A DNA stretch of 64,000 nucleotides, from NCBI RefSeq assembly GCF_002113885.1, contig NW_018408382.1, positions 127,693-191,692 of the forward strand, given 5' to 3'. Shown here piece by piece: positions 12,901 through 23,870 of the stretch (the first letter of the stretch is position 1; each line of letters opens with the position of its first letter). The notes under the pieces were generated by a model. The model was not told the origin of the DNA. It worked only from the letters and a program-made list of their open reading frames with translations, and ran no database searches. The stretch is from Mizuhopecten yessoensis (lineage: Eukaryota). Made by a program: the position numbers and the translations under genes.

Positions 12901-14355
12901 GTTTGTCTTATGTGGACGGCGGAAAGAAAGGAATTTCGACTATTTTTCCTCAGGTTATGGTATATTCTTGTGAGCTTGCTAACAGTTTCTCTAGTGTGAA
13001 GTTTCGTTCTATTAAAATCAATAACATATTTAAAGACCAAGGTTTTTCTTATACTATTTCAGCAATTAATTTTGCTTTCAAAACTTCATGCAAGTTTGAT
13101 GGAAAGCAAACTGTTTATTTCGGCACAATTCTCCAGCAAAGTTGTATTGCATTATTGTAATACAAACTGAAGGAAAACAGTTTATATCTTTAACTTTCTC
13201 CCATGTAAAAATTGTGTTTAATTGATTGATTTTCAGTTCAGGAACAGAAGTCTCTACAACAGTAAAGGATACCAAAACAAAAAAGGCAGATAAAAAAACA
13301 AAAGTAGCTAAAACAAAAAAAGCAGATGAAAAAACAAAAGTAGCTAAAACAAAAAAGGCAGATTCAAAAACAGTGGTAGCTAAAACAAAGAAGCCAGATT
13401 CTCCAAAAAAGAAAGGCAAGAAAAAGAAAGAGGAAAAAGAATCAGATGATGAAGATATGGTGAAGGAAAGTGAAGGATGGGAGACTGATGAGAACTCGGC
13501 TGTAGAAAGTGTGTCAGAGGAAGCCCCCAAAAAACAGAAGGTAAACCGTTTGTTTCTTAACCCAAATATTGCTCACAATCAAATAATAAAGGTTCTATGT
13601 TTTTGTTACATGTTAATGCTTGTTGAAACAAAACAAAAATGAAAGTTTAAATGATTTGTTGTATCAGTTGAACAGAAAAAGTATCAAATACATACAGAAC
13701 TAAGAAATCTAAGAAAAATGGTCACAGGTAGATTCAGATATATATCTTTTTCTTCTACTTACAGAAAGCTAAGGAGGGACACATAAAAAAACGGGTAAAG
13801 AAAAGGAGTAAACAAAAGAACATCAAGAAGGACAACAGACCAGACCATCTGGTAAGCTTTCACAAAATGTTTTTTATTTAAAATAATGTTTCCATATTAA
13901 TTTCATTGTGTATCAAACATAAAAAATACAAACTTGACTAATAAGATCATGAAGTCATAAGCATGTCGGTCTTACAAGTATGTGTTGTTTATATTGGTTA
14001 CCGGAATCAGACACAGTGCTTCATCATGTGTTAATACTTTCAAGAAAACAGTAAATTGTGTACTGAAATTCCATATCATTGGGAAAACAATGAATTCTGT
14101 ATTTAAACCTCATACCACGTGGAAAACAGTATATCCTGTACATAATCTACATACCAGTAACATCGGGAAATTCTTTATTTACTATTCAAACTCCATACCA
14201 TTGGGAAAACAATATATTCCGTACTTAAAATGTATGCATGTTATGGATAAAAATGAAGTCTGATCAGAGTATAATCTGGATTTCTATGTTTTCTGCTTCA
14301 GAAACCACCTCACTTAAGAATGGCAGCTAAAACGGGATCAGATGACTCGTCCTAG
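3985..14355 (+). CDS. Uncharacterised 642-aa Lys/Glu/Ser-rich, probably nucleolar or RNA-associated protein, 10 exons
   Basis: Exons 3985-4082, 5448-5653, 6648-6888, 7541-7725, 8292-8598, 9661-9875, 10974-11205, 13237-13540, 13765-13851, 14302-14355. All introns are GT-AG and all phases are compatible (1929 nt). The protein starts MELEVDEASKSLVASWFSDE and ends ...KKRSKQKNIKKDNRPDHLKPPHLRMAAKTGSDDSS*. Exon 1 is the least certain. Confidence 0.8.
4331..4886. mobile_element. MITE with subterminal TTTCGCCC repeats, carrying a nested foldback element
   Basis: GGTAACGGGCTGTTTCG...CAAACAACCCAGAACC form imperfect inverted termini. Confidence 0.5.
4356..4519. mobile_element. 164-bp near-perfect palindrome (foldback MITE, P-superfamily-like ends)
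   Basis: CATAGGTGTTTGAAGTTCTGACTGTG...CACAGTCAGAACTTCAAACACCTATG, flanked by the 7-bp direct repeat CCTACAT. Confidence 0.75.
5840..6194. mobile_element. Non-autonomous DNA transposon, Academ-like
   Basis: TAGCCAGAGTTTCCTCTGGCCC...GGGCCAGAGGAAACTCGGGCTA termini with long inner inverted repeats. The flanks TAAGCTTAT and TAAGCTTAC form a 9-bp TSD with one mismatch. Confidence 0.7.
6488..6570. mobile_element. Tiny TTAA-flanked MITE (piggyBac-like ends)
   Basis: TTAACCCTTTCACC...GGTGAAAGGGTTAA. Confidence 0.55.
9010..9410. repeat. Interspersed element with a hairpin, inverted repeats and an internal ~35-bp tandem repeat
   Basis: Palindrome at 9010-9118; inverted pair TTATTACATACTTACTAATAAA at ~9129 and ~9388-9409; repeated GGGTGTGATACGGCGGGGGCTGATA. 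Confidence 0.6.
9834..10175 (+). repeat. 58-bp tandem repeat (6 copies) spanning the exon 6 / intron 6 boundary
   Basis: Unit CATCACTAGAAAAGTCTGTCAATAGTACCCCTAGCACGCCAG|GTAATATAACGTGGTC at 9834, 9892, 9950, 10008, 10066 and 10122. Confidence 0.95.
11726..12631. mobile_element. Kolobok-like MITE (TTAA TSD), copy 1
   Basis: TTAA-AGCTGACAGTGC...GCACTGTCAGCT-TTAA; homologous to 59636-60325. Confidence 0.8.
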
Positions 14356-15479
14356 CTATAATTTAGACAGCTCTTGTGAAAATTACTGAGAATTCTTACT
14401 GTCTCCGTGGAAAAATTGTCCAACATGAGTATTGGCTGTGAGACCTACAGAATTATGCTGTACGTGAGGTCCACTCTCACTAGAAACAACTAGGTTACCT
14501 GAAAAATGTGTTCAAGATTCTGCCTGAACAGATCTCTGTATTAATGGATTTGGTACAAAAAAAATGTTTTGTTTTACAATTATGTGTTATTGAGACAATG
14601 GGTGATGGATATCGATGGGAGTGTAATAACAGATAGCTAAATGTCTATTATCTACCACATCCTTATCTGAGGTGAAGTGATCAAGAAAATTGGCATCTAT
14701 GTTGAAGGAATTTAAAGGGATTACATTGCCAGAAGACAAAACAGTATATCTTCCTCACATGAAATTCTTTCCTGTCAGGTGTCCGTCTTGGTATCCCTCT
14801 TTAGATCTTTATTACCTTATGTGTTCTGATCACAACAAACATTGCTAGGAGTAGTCCTAATTATCTGTATGGTTGTATTATTGTTCTATATTTGTATAAT
14901 GTAATATGTCTTGCTCTGGTAGTAGGGGAACAGGAGGGCAATAAGTGTAGTACAGTGTGATCAGCCAAATGATGAAATCACAATTAAGTTCAAGATACAC
15001 ATCAATCATTTTTAATATGATTGAAAATTAGCAAAAAAAATTCTTACTTTTCGAGTAAATTTTATTTGCTTACGGTGTATAAAGGCAATTTGTACATGAA
15101 GATGTATTTGTTTTCTTCCCTTGGTGGGATTTTTAGACAGATAGGCTGGACAATGACTATGTTGTTATTGAGAAAATATTTTTAGAAAATTTGACTTGAA
15201 GCAGCAGATTCTGGTAAATTTTACTGGTGTACAATGTATAGAGAGAACTTGTTAATTGAGATCATGTTTGTTTTCTTCATTTGATAATCTTTATCGACAG
15301 CTACGTCTGATAGTGATATTGTTATTGAGAACACGTGTTAAGAAAATAAACTTGAATAATTGGATTACGGAATATGAACGTGATTGATCAATTCCGTGAT
15401 TTCCAGCCTTACTTCTTGTCAATATAGTTTTATCACATAATGTACTGTGTTATACAGTGAATATACCCATATCATATTT

Positions 15480-15820
15480 TTTGCGTATTAACCCATGTAA
15501 TATGACCTATCAGCCTTTGCTTGGTTGTAGGTTTCAATTGTTTCAATTTTGACGTCACGCCTAGGACACGTACATGACGTCACAGAATTACGCACTGGAG
15601 TCAAAATGGCGGCTTTTTACTTTTCAAGGTTGCATGAAAATTATCGTTTAACACGAATACATGCCACAAATCTTTATTATGTGATAAAAAGAATCTTGCA
15701 CTCGTTTTCATTTCATATAAAATTTATGAAACTCGTCACAAATTTTTTCATTTTCGCTACCCAGAGGCTCGTTTAATTGAAAAATCTCATATGAAATGGA
15801 AACTCATTTAAGATCCTATA
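15480..15820. repeat. Interspersed repeat fragment with internal hairpins
   Basis: TGACGTCA palindromes and a TTTTCATTTCATAT / ATATGAAATGGAAA inverted pair ending in GATCCTATA. It resembles non-autonomous elements common in molluscs; family not assigned. Confidence 0.4.
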
Positions 15821-16776
15821 CACATACAGAAAGAAATGTACACACGTCAACAGCATTATGCATCATCAATTTGTATATATTAATATATAATAATATGATA
15901 CATGAAGTGGATTGGAGAGAAGTAATTTAGTGATGTTGTATCAGCTGAAACCTGTTAGCATAAAAAGGGTTTGGATGGAGATATCGTACACATTATAAAA
16001 TGTTAGTGATGAGAAGTACGACCAATATGTTTAGATTTGTTAAATAAGTTAACATCAGGTATTGTATTGTCATGTTAAATTATGCCATAGACATTGCTAT
16101 GTACAACCGATGTCAAGATTCAGTACGAGCATGTTAAAGCCAGGGCCTAAGTTCCTAAGGGCCGATTCAGGCTTGTGGATTGAAGGTAGGTTGATAATGT
16201 GAAGTTGCTGAGGATGTTCCCACGCAACAATATAATTGATATCCATCTCTTAATTCCAGAGAAATCCTCCAAACCAATATGATCAAATTTTGGCCCAAAC
16301 CCTCAGCTCCTTCATTTGAATTTTTTTTTTAATCATCAGTGTCTGCTCCTGGCCCTGCCCATAGGGACTGAGGATGAAGAGATGAAGATCGAAAGCCACC
16401 AGGTTCTACTCTGTTCTTGTTTCATAATCTCTGGGTCATAACTTCAAAATAGCTTTGATCCCCACCCCCTTAACCATATATGCAATTGCTGGTCATGAAA
16501 AGAATAACACAGATATGCTACTTTCCTTGAATCTTACTTGCAATTTTACTTTTATTTTAAAAAATACCATGCTTGCTTAGATATTCTGTGAAGACACACA
16601 AAATCATGTTGAAGATTAAAAGGAATGGTATGAGTGTGTAGTCATTGATATGAAAGAATGATTATATCTAGCTCCTTTAGTGTAACAGGTTCTTGTATGT
16701 TTGGTAAAAATGAATAAATGATCCTATATTGCTATATTTGATTTTATCAGTTTATTTTCATTTATTTAGTAAAATA

Positions 16777-18340
16777 TTATAATATGACTAACTCCCTATC
16801 AATGAGGATCGTATTATGGCTTACCAACTCCCTATCTATGAGGATTATATTATGACTTACTAACCCTTTTGGGATCATAGTATGACTTGCTGTATCCCTA
16901 TCTATGAGGATCATAGTATGACTTGCTGTTTCCCTATCTATGAGGATCATAGTATGACTTGCTGTTTCCCTATCTATGAGGATTATATTACGACTTACTA
17001 ACACCCTATCTATGAGGATTATACTACGACTTACTAACTCCCTATCTATGAGGATTATATTACGACTTACTAACACCCTATCTATGAGGATTATATTACG
17101 ACTTACTAACTCCCTATCTATGAGGATCATATTATGACTGACTAACTCCCTATCAATGAGGATCGTATTATGGCTTACCAACTCCCTATCTATGAGGATT
17201 ATATTACGACTTACTAACATCCTATCTGTGAGGATTATATTATGACTTACCAACTCCCTATCTATGAGGATCATATTATGACTTACTAATCCTTTTGGGA
17301 TCATAGTATGACTTGCTGTATCCCTATCTGTGAGGATCATTGTATGACTTGCTGTTTCCCTATCTGTGAGGATAATAGTATGACTTGCTGTTTCCCTTTC
17401 TGAGCTGATTGTAGTATGACTTGCTGTTTCCCTTTCTGTGCTGATTGTAGTATGACTTGCTGTTTCCCTTTCCGAGCTGATCGTTGTATGACTTGCTGTT
17501 TCCCTTTCCGAGCTGATCGTTGTATGACTTGCTGTTTCCCTTTCCGAGCTGATCGTTGTATGACTTGCTGTTTCCCTTTCCGAGCTGATCGTTGTATGAC
17601 TTGCTGTCTCCCTTTCTTAGCTGATCGTTGTATGACTTGCTGTTTCCCCTTCTGAGCTGATCGTTGTAGACTTGCTGTTTCCCTTTCTGAGCTGATCGTG
17701 GTAGACTTGCTGTTTCCCTTTCTGAGCTGATCGTGGTAGACTTGCTGTTTCCCTTTCTGAGCTGATCGTTGAATGACTTGCTGTTTCCCTTTCTGAGCTG
17801 ATCGTTTTAGACTTGCTGTTTCCCTTTCTGAGCTGATCGTGGTAGACTTGCTGTTTCCCTTTCTGAGCTGATCGTTGAATGACTTGCTGTTTCCCTTTCT
17901 GAGCTGATCGTTTTAGACTTGCTGTTTCCCTTTCTGAGCTGATCGTTGAATGACTTGCTGTTTCCCTTTCTGAGCTGATCGTAGTATGACTTGCTGTTTC
18001 CCTTTCTGAGCTGACTGTAGTAGGACTTGCTGTTCCCTTTCTGAGCTGACTGTAGTAGGACTTGCCGTTTCCCTTTCTGAGCTGACTGTAGTAGGACTTG
18101 CTGTTCCCTTTCTGTGCTGACTGTAGTAGGACTTGCTGTTCCCTTTCTGTGCTGATTGTAGTAGGACTTGCCGTTTCCCTTTCTGAGCTGACTAGTAGGA
18201 CTTGCTGTTTCCCTTTCTGAGCTGATTGTAGTAGGACTTGCTGTTTCCCTTTCTGAGCTGATTGTAGTAGGACTTGCTGTTTCCCTTTCTATGAGGATCA
18301 TGGTATGTCCTGCTGTTTCTATGATGATCGTAGTATGATT
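16777..18340. repeat. ~36-bp minisatellite (~43 copies) with a sequence gradient along the array
   Basis: Left units are TTACTAACTCCCTATCTATGAGGATTATATTACGAC and right units are TTGCTGTTTCCCTTTCTGAGCTGATCGTTGTATGAC. Confidence 0.95.
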
Positions 18341-19417
18341 TACAAACTCTTTATCTTTGAGTATATGTATTTACTTATAATTACAAGGCCACAGGGTCAT
18401 ATATAATCGTTGGCTCTAATTTTATTTATCGTCTGATCGCATTCTTCAACGAATTTAAAAAAAATGAGAAATACCCGTTAGTTTCTTACAATGAATAAAG
18501 CGCTTATAGTAGTAACCGTACCGTATTCAAAAGATAAAACCAGATCAAGATTATTGAAAACCTTCCTACAGATAAAGGAACTAACCCTACTAGGGGCTGA
18601 GGGCGTTTTAAAAGGTCAACATTTGCTAATTTGCTTTAAATGACAACCTATCTGAAACTAATGGGCAGGTTTTTACCAAATTTTGTTGGATACATCCTTT
18701 GTGAATGTGTGAATATAAGCGAAGTGGCTTACATTCCAGCGAACTCGGTCAAACTACAGAGTCAATTTAAACCTAGTAGTTCAGCAGTCGAAGGCGACTG
18801 GGATATTTATATACTTACCTGAGCAGGTTTTGGACTTTTCTTTTCGTCATCTGAGAACACCAATCCGTTCTGTTCTCTGTACCTTACTCTGTCGGTTATG
18901 TCGACCTATGTACCAGTCTTCATTGGATTTTGGCTGTTTCGAGAACATTTAACCCCGAACAGAGATTTCTAGACTACCGGATATCTAACACTGGTTTGTG
19001 ACCAACATTCCACAATTTGACAGGACGCTGCTCATTTCGAATAATCCAACAACACCAAATATCATTAATGCGTTTTATATGTAAAAAGTATTTTATTTTG
19101 AAAGCGGACAATTCAATTCGTTTCGATCGTCTGCACATTTTCGTCGAAAGTACAGTACACAAAAAACGACATTTTCTTCGGGTTGGTAAAGAATGATTGT
19201 ATGTGGGCTCATATAGTACAATCAGTGAAATGCTTGTGTTACGTGTCGATTAAGCTGAACTTTCATGTGCAGCATGACAAATAACTCACCAAATTGGTTC
19301 TGCTATGCTTTGTTTTAAACACAGACAATGCTAATCAGTAAAGGATGCAACCGAAAGAACATAAAATTCTATTAATCACACCTTATCAAATAAATGTAAT
19401 ACGTTATTATTTCGTAT

Positions 19418-20558
19418 TTACTTACAGTTCTTATCTACACAGCAGGTGTACCCAGAATTACACGTCAGGTCAGTGGTCACTTCCTCGTCATCATGACACA
19501 CGTGGACGGTACCAGAAAGGCGACACTCCCCGGGACCTTTAACTTCGAGTTGTCCAACTTTTGCCTTAACACCACAAGTACCAGATGGAATGCAGCATTT
19601 TCGGTTCCCGGTGCACAACACGTTTCCAACAAATAGGTGATTTCCAAGGTCGCAATTATCAGAAGTGCAGAACCCTGTACTTTCACACAGGGTTGAATTT
19701 GCTGGTGGAGCCGCTACAGCTACCGTCTGAGTCTGGACGACTATAAACATGTTTAATAGTATCGGTATTCCAATGCTTTGGAGTGATTATTTGCTCAACA
19801 TTACTGCCGAAAATAGGTTGTTTTCCGCAGCTAAAAAGTACCTTATTTTCCCAAAATGACCAAAACCCTGAGGAATATATTTCCAATTTCAATACAAATC
19901 ATTTTATATTTTCCAAATTCATCAAGGAACAGGCTGTTGTAACCAAAATTTTGGTAACAAAAACACAATACTATACTATTGTGTTCAAAACAACGAACGT
20001 TAGATGAATAAAAGATTTCATCAGAGTATTTTTTCAAAACTGATTTGAAATACCATTGATCAACTGTTGGAGAAAGTTTTAAAATGTAAGCTTTAAACCA
20101 GACAGAACCTGCTGCAGTCGTAATTAATTATTTATGTATATCCTCTCTTGAAATGTCAATGAATTCAAATGAACAGTCGCAACACTCTACGGTTAAACAA
20201 AAACAATTATCGATCTTGATATCTTACCTGAAGGTGACAGCGCTACTACTGGCGGCATGTACGGGTCGCGTATGACGCCTGTAGCAACCTCAATACCAGG
20301 TGCTGAATCTACTACCGTGTGGTGGTGGTTGTGTATTGCACTAGCACCTGCTGCAATAACAGTCCCAGCTGCTAAGCCCAAACCGGCCCCTATTGCAGTT
20401 TCAGCTGCAGCTTCTGCAAACAGCTCCCCAAACAAAGATCCAAGCCCAAGTAGAGCTGCCGCGAACTGTCTCTTCTGCTTCTGTTCCGTTTCGTCTTTAG
20501 CCAGGGTTATACTAAGTGTGGCTACCACCAAGCAAAAAACAAGGGTCTGTTTCTTCAT
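19418..20558 (-). CDS. Secreted big-defensin-like precursor with two tandem beta-defensin-like modules, copy A (intact, 217 aa)
   Basis: Coding exons 20228-20558 and 19418-19740, phase-1 intron (TCAG|GTAAGA...TTTATAG|). Signal peptide MKKQTLVFCLVVATLSITLA, pro-segment KDETEQKQKR, Q-initiated Ala/Gly hydrophobic region, HNHHH, P/V/T linker, then C-X5-C-X4-C-X12-C-X5-CC and C-X16-C-X8-C-X11-C-X5-CC-X4-C. Gene structure is high confidence; the family call is inferred. Confidence 0.85.
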
Positions 20559-20870
20559 CTTTAACTGTAATAAGTAAATATTTGGCTGTTTAGAAATTCA
20601 TTGAGAAAATCTACAGCACGGCCGCCGTTTTCGATAAGTGATAAGTTCAGTTATAAGTTATTTTTGTTAGATGATCGTTATACTAGTATACCAATTTAAA
20701 CGATTGTAAAATTGCCTTTCTTGTCTACATGAAACACTAAATCGAGTTCGATTTCCTTATCACCCTTGATCTCTTGTTCCTACTTATGATACTTATGTCT
20801 GCAACTGGAAAGTACAATATTCATATTAATGTATAACAAACCTTTCGTGTGAAATATTCAAATTACAATC

Positions 20871-20874
<4 letters not shown>

Positions 20875-20922
<48 letters not shown>
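20875..20922. repeat. (GA)n microsatellite in intron 1 of copy A
   Basis: About 24 consecutive GA units. Confidence 0.98.
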
Positions 20923-20927
<5 letters not shown>

Positions 20928-21713
20928 CATCCAAAATTAAACTTAAAGCAATTAAAATACAATTTCTAAATCGTTTCAAGTTTGGAAGGTGGAGGGAACA
21001 GGCAATGATGATTTTATCATGTTGACTTTTTTCTGCAATAGGAATTGTTCAATATTCCAAGGGTGGTTATATTGCAGAAAGTTATATAGCAAATCAGGCG
21101 CTTGTTCAATAAAATTAGGCTCTCGAGCATACTTCATTTCAAAATTCACGAGAACGAAGTGTACGGTAAAAAGGCGAGATGGTAAAGTGGTGATGGTTAC
21201 ATCATAAAATAACAAGAAACTAGAATATCGGTAAATAGTATTTCAAATTTATGGATATTGCTGTTCCAGACTATAGCTATCTGCTTGGTGTAATCGTGAA
21301 AATGTTCCCTGCTTTCTTAACAAACTGTAATAATAATTATTCTTTGGACTGCATACCGGCGAGTCGTACCCCTTCACGTTTGTTGACTGATTTCATACCA
21401 AAAGAGACAGAAGTACCTGTACTGAAAGGAGATAACAATGAGTGTTATACAATACGGAAACACATGTAATCTAGTGATGCTACTTGTTCCTAACTGATGC
21501 TTATAACTGTGCATTCTCACCTAAACAGCATTCTGCAGAGAACTTGTGAAGGTACCGGTTCTGAATGTATTTTACACTGCCTTATATAAAAATCATAACA
21601 CATCTTTCATTAATAAACTTTTAGTGCTGCATTTTTTCCCAGAAAAATAACCAGTCAAATTAAATTTCCTCTTATCATTACTTCTTAAACCATCCCGAAA
21701 TATGAATACTTAC

Positions 21714-21960
21714 TGTGTACACGTGTTCCTCCTATTTAATATTCCTCGTATCAGTTTGAGGTTCCCTCTCTTTCCCTCGCTTTATATAGTGTTAAAGAGG
21801 AAGAGAATTTTGAAATCTGTAACACAACGTGCTAAAAGTACGTGTGAACTAAAACTATCTGTGAATGTGTTAGTATATCTCGAAGTGGCATTCTGTGATA
21901 TATCCATTTGTGGGTGATAACGATGGGAATCAACCATATGTAAGTGTTTCTACTACCTTG
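21714..21960 (-). promoter_or_regulatory. TATA promoter and non-coding exon 1 of copy A
   Basis: Minus-strand TATATAAA at 21781-21788 and donor ACA|GTAAGT at 21712-21713. The block is homologous to 32089-32420 and to the reverse complement of 35095-35353. Confidence 0.7.
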
Positions 21961-22662
21961 ACAAGTTTCGATCGGAATATGACTTTGCCGTTCATTTTAC
22001 TAGATTTTATAGCGGTAGGTTAACTGTTGATAATAAGCAATCTGATCAAAATCATCTGTTACAGATGTTCAGGCGTAGTACGAAGTTAACGGAGCCATTT
22101 AACAGATGATTTTAATCAGATTGGATAAGAAGGACTTTTGAATGAAAAACAAGACTGTCTTCATTATTTTTTCATCTTTAGATATGTTCGAATAGTTTAT
22201 GAGAGTATCCACGCTGGCTTATATCTAAAGATGATTTTCCCGTTACGTTCAAATAAAGACATTATTTGACAATTTAAGTAACAAAGTCAAGAATGTCAAT
22301 TTAAGACTAAAATGTAAGTTGTTGGTTTATTTGAAAATCATACGGGATGTATGAATGCGTGAAAGAGTGAGAATCTTTTCTTTGATAATGTTGTGTTTAG
22401 AATTGATTGGACGTTTAATATACTACAACCTAGGTATTGATCAACAACCAGGAATTCAAGAAGGATAACAGCTGCCTTAAAAAATAACACGACATTTGCA
22501 ATGTCCATATTGTATACACCCATATGTACAATAAATATATGTGTATGACTTTTCATATAATAGCAATTAAGTGCAAGATATAAGATGCAGGGTTCGATTT
22601 ACAGAAGAGCGGATCGATTTCAAAATCCTAAATATTTGCGTAATGTTGTTAATGTGTGAGCT

Positions 22663-22740
22663 ATTTTTATACGCCCGTCGTCCAACTGGTCGTATATTGG
22701 TGTGGGCTGCTCCGTCCGTCCGTCCGTCCGTCCATTGGTT
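22663..22740 (+). mobile_element. 5' end of a Helentron-derived (HINE/DINE-1-like) element
   Basis: TTTTTATACGCCCGTC...GGTCGTATA inverted pair followed by a (GTCC)n microsatellite. Confidence 0.55.
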
Positions 22741-23552
22741 CTCCAATTTTATTAAGCTACTTGGTTGCCTCATATCCTGAATGCTTTGAACAAGTTCTTA
22801 AATCATTTAAACGCTTTTTGGCAGAATGATACCTTAAATTTGTTCATTGCCAAATAAGGGCATTTCGTCCATTTTTTTTTTTTAATTATTTGTTTAATTC
22901 CTTTCAAATGCAGTATGGTAATACAAAACCGAAAACATGTTTAACATATATAACAGGTTTTGTTGTCACGTTCAACTTCTCATACCAACACTCCTACCTC
23001 AAAGCCAAGGTTTTAGTTTTAGTAATAACAACATTGACCACGACAGTGTAATTCTGAGTCACAAAATAGCTTGCACCATAAACACAGTAAATGAATGGCA
23101 AGGGCACAGTCACCAACAAAACGGTGACAGTAAACATATTTATATCATATGTCACTACCTGCTTCCAATATATCAATACCCTCCGAGGGTCTGACGGGCG
23201 TATCATGCTTCCGATCGCGGTGCTCTTGTTAATGTTTTATTCGTCAATGACATCGGTTACTCACAACGTTTACAAGAAACTAGAATAAATCCGAAATCTA
23301 GTTTGTATTCTTAACTAATGAAGTACAAATGTAACTAGAAAGTCTAGGTTTGTTTTGATCACAAATAGGAATTGAAAACGTATTTTGCGAGCTTTCGAAA
23401 ACGTCTGTTTCCTTTGTCAAGCAAAGAATGTAAATGACCGATGTCTCGACTCTAAACTGCTGACAACAACTCACTAAGGCACATTGGGCCGAATCAGTAA
23501 AATCAGCTGTCAAAAATTATAGAGACATCTCGCCCAATTGCACGCTAATACT

Positions 23553-23870
23553 TCAGGCAGTTCGTGGGGGTGAGGGTAACATGTTAACCCATTCCGCCCC
23601 CTTAGTGGAGTTTAAACTGGGGTCAACAAGATGGCTTGGCTGGTGGCCCCCTTTGTCTCTGTTCATTGAATCCTCTTCCCTCCTAACCAAGATGAATTCT
23701 TTGATTTTCCTGACTTTCCAGTTGTCCTCCCTTTCAAGCACTTTCGAGTTGTCCCAGTCCATGATGTGGTTGTGTGTGTTAGCATGGTCTATAATGGTTG
23801 ATTTATTGTATTGTTTCTCCGATGATTTCCTTAATTTCTAGTGTAGATTTGCTGTTTTTTGGCATTCCTC
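23553..23870 (-). mobile_element. Penelope-like element, GIY-YIG/C-terminal fragment
   Basis: HIMDWDNSKVLEREDNWKVRKIKE...MNRDKGGHQ matches the typical PLE C-terminal motif. Confidence 0.75.

Noticed and set aside
16777-18301. Long repetitive ORFs, including Cys-rich MTCCFPFRADRC repeats
   Set aside because: By-products of a 36-bp minisatellite; no splice, promoter or signal-peptide support.
18817-18960. Exon-like minus-strand segment with a good donor (CAG|GTAAGT)
   Set aside because: No convincing acceptor, frame or partner exon; it may lie in the copy A 3' region.
20257-20577. Antisense ORFs over the peptide exons (also 28916-29218, 36905-37162) and over the Lys-rich exons
   Set aside because: Shadow frames of real exons on the opposite strand.
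23298-23550. C-x4-CC motif (QCALVSCC) as another defensin remnant
   Set aside because: No nucleotide similarity to copies A-D, upstream Cys only in another frame, and adjacent to a Penelope fragment.
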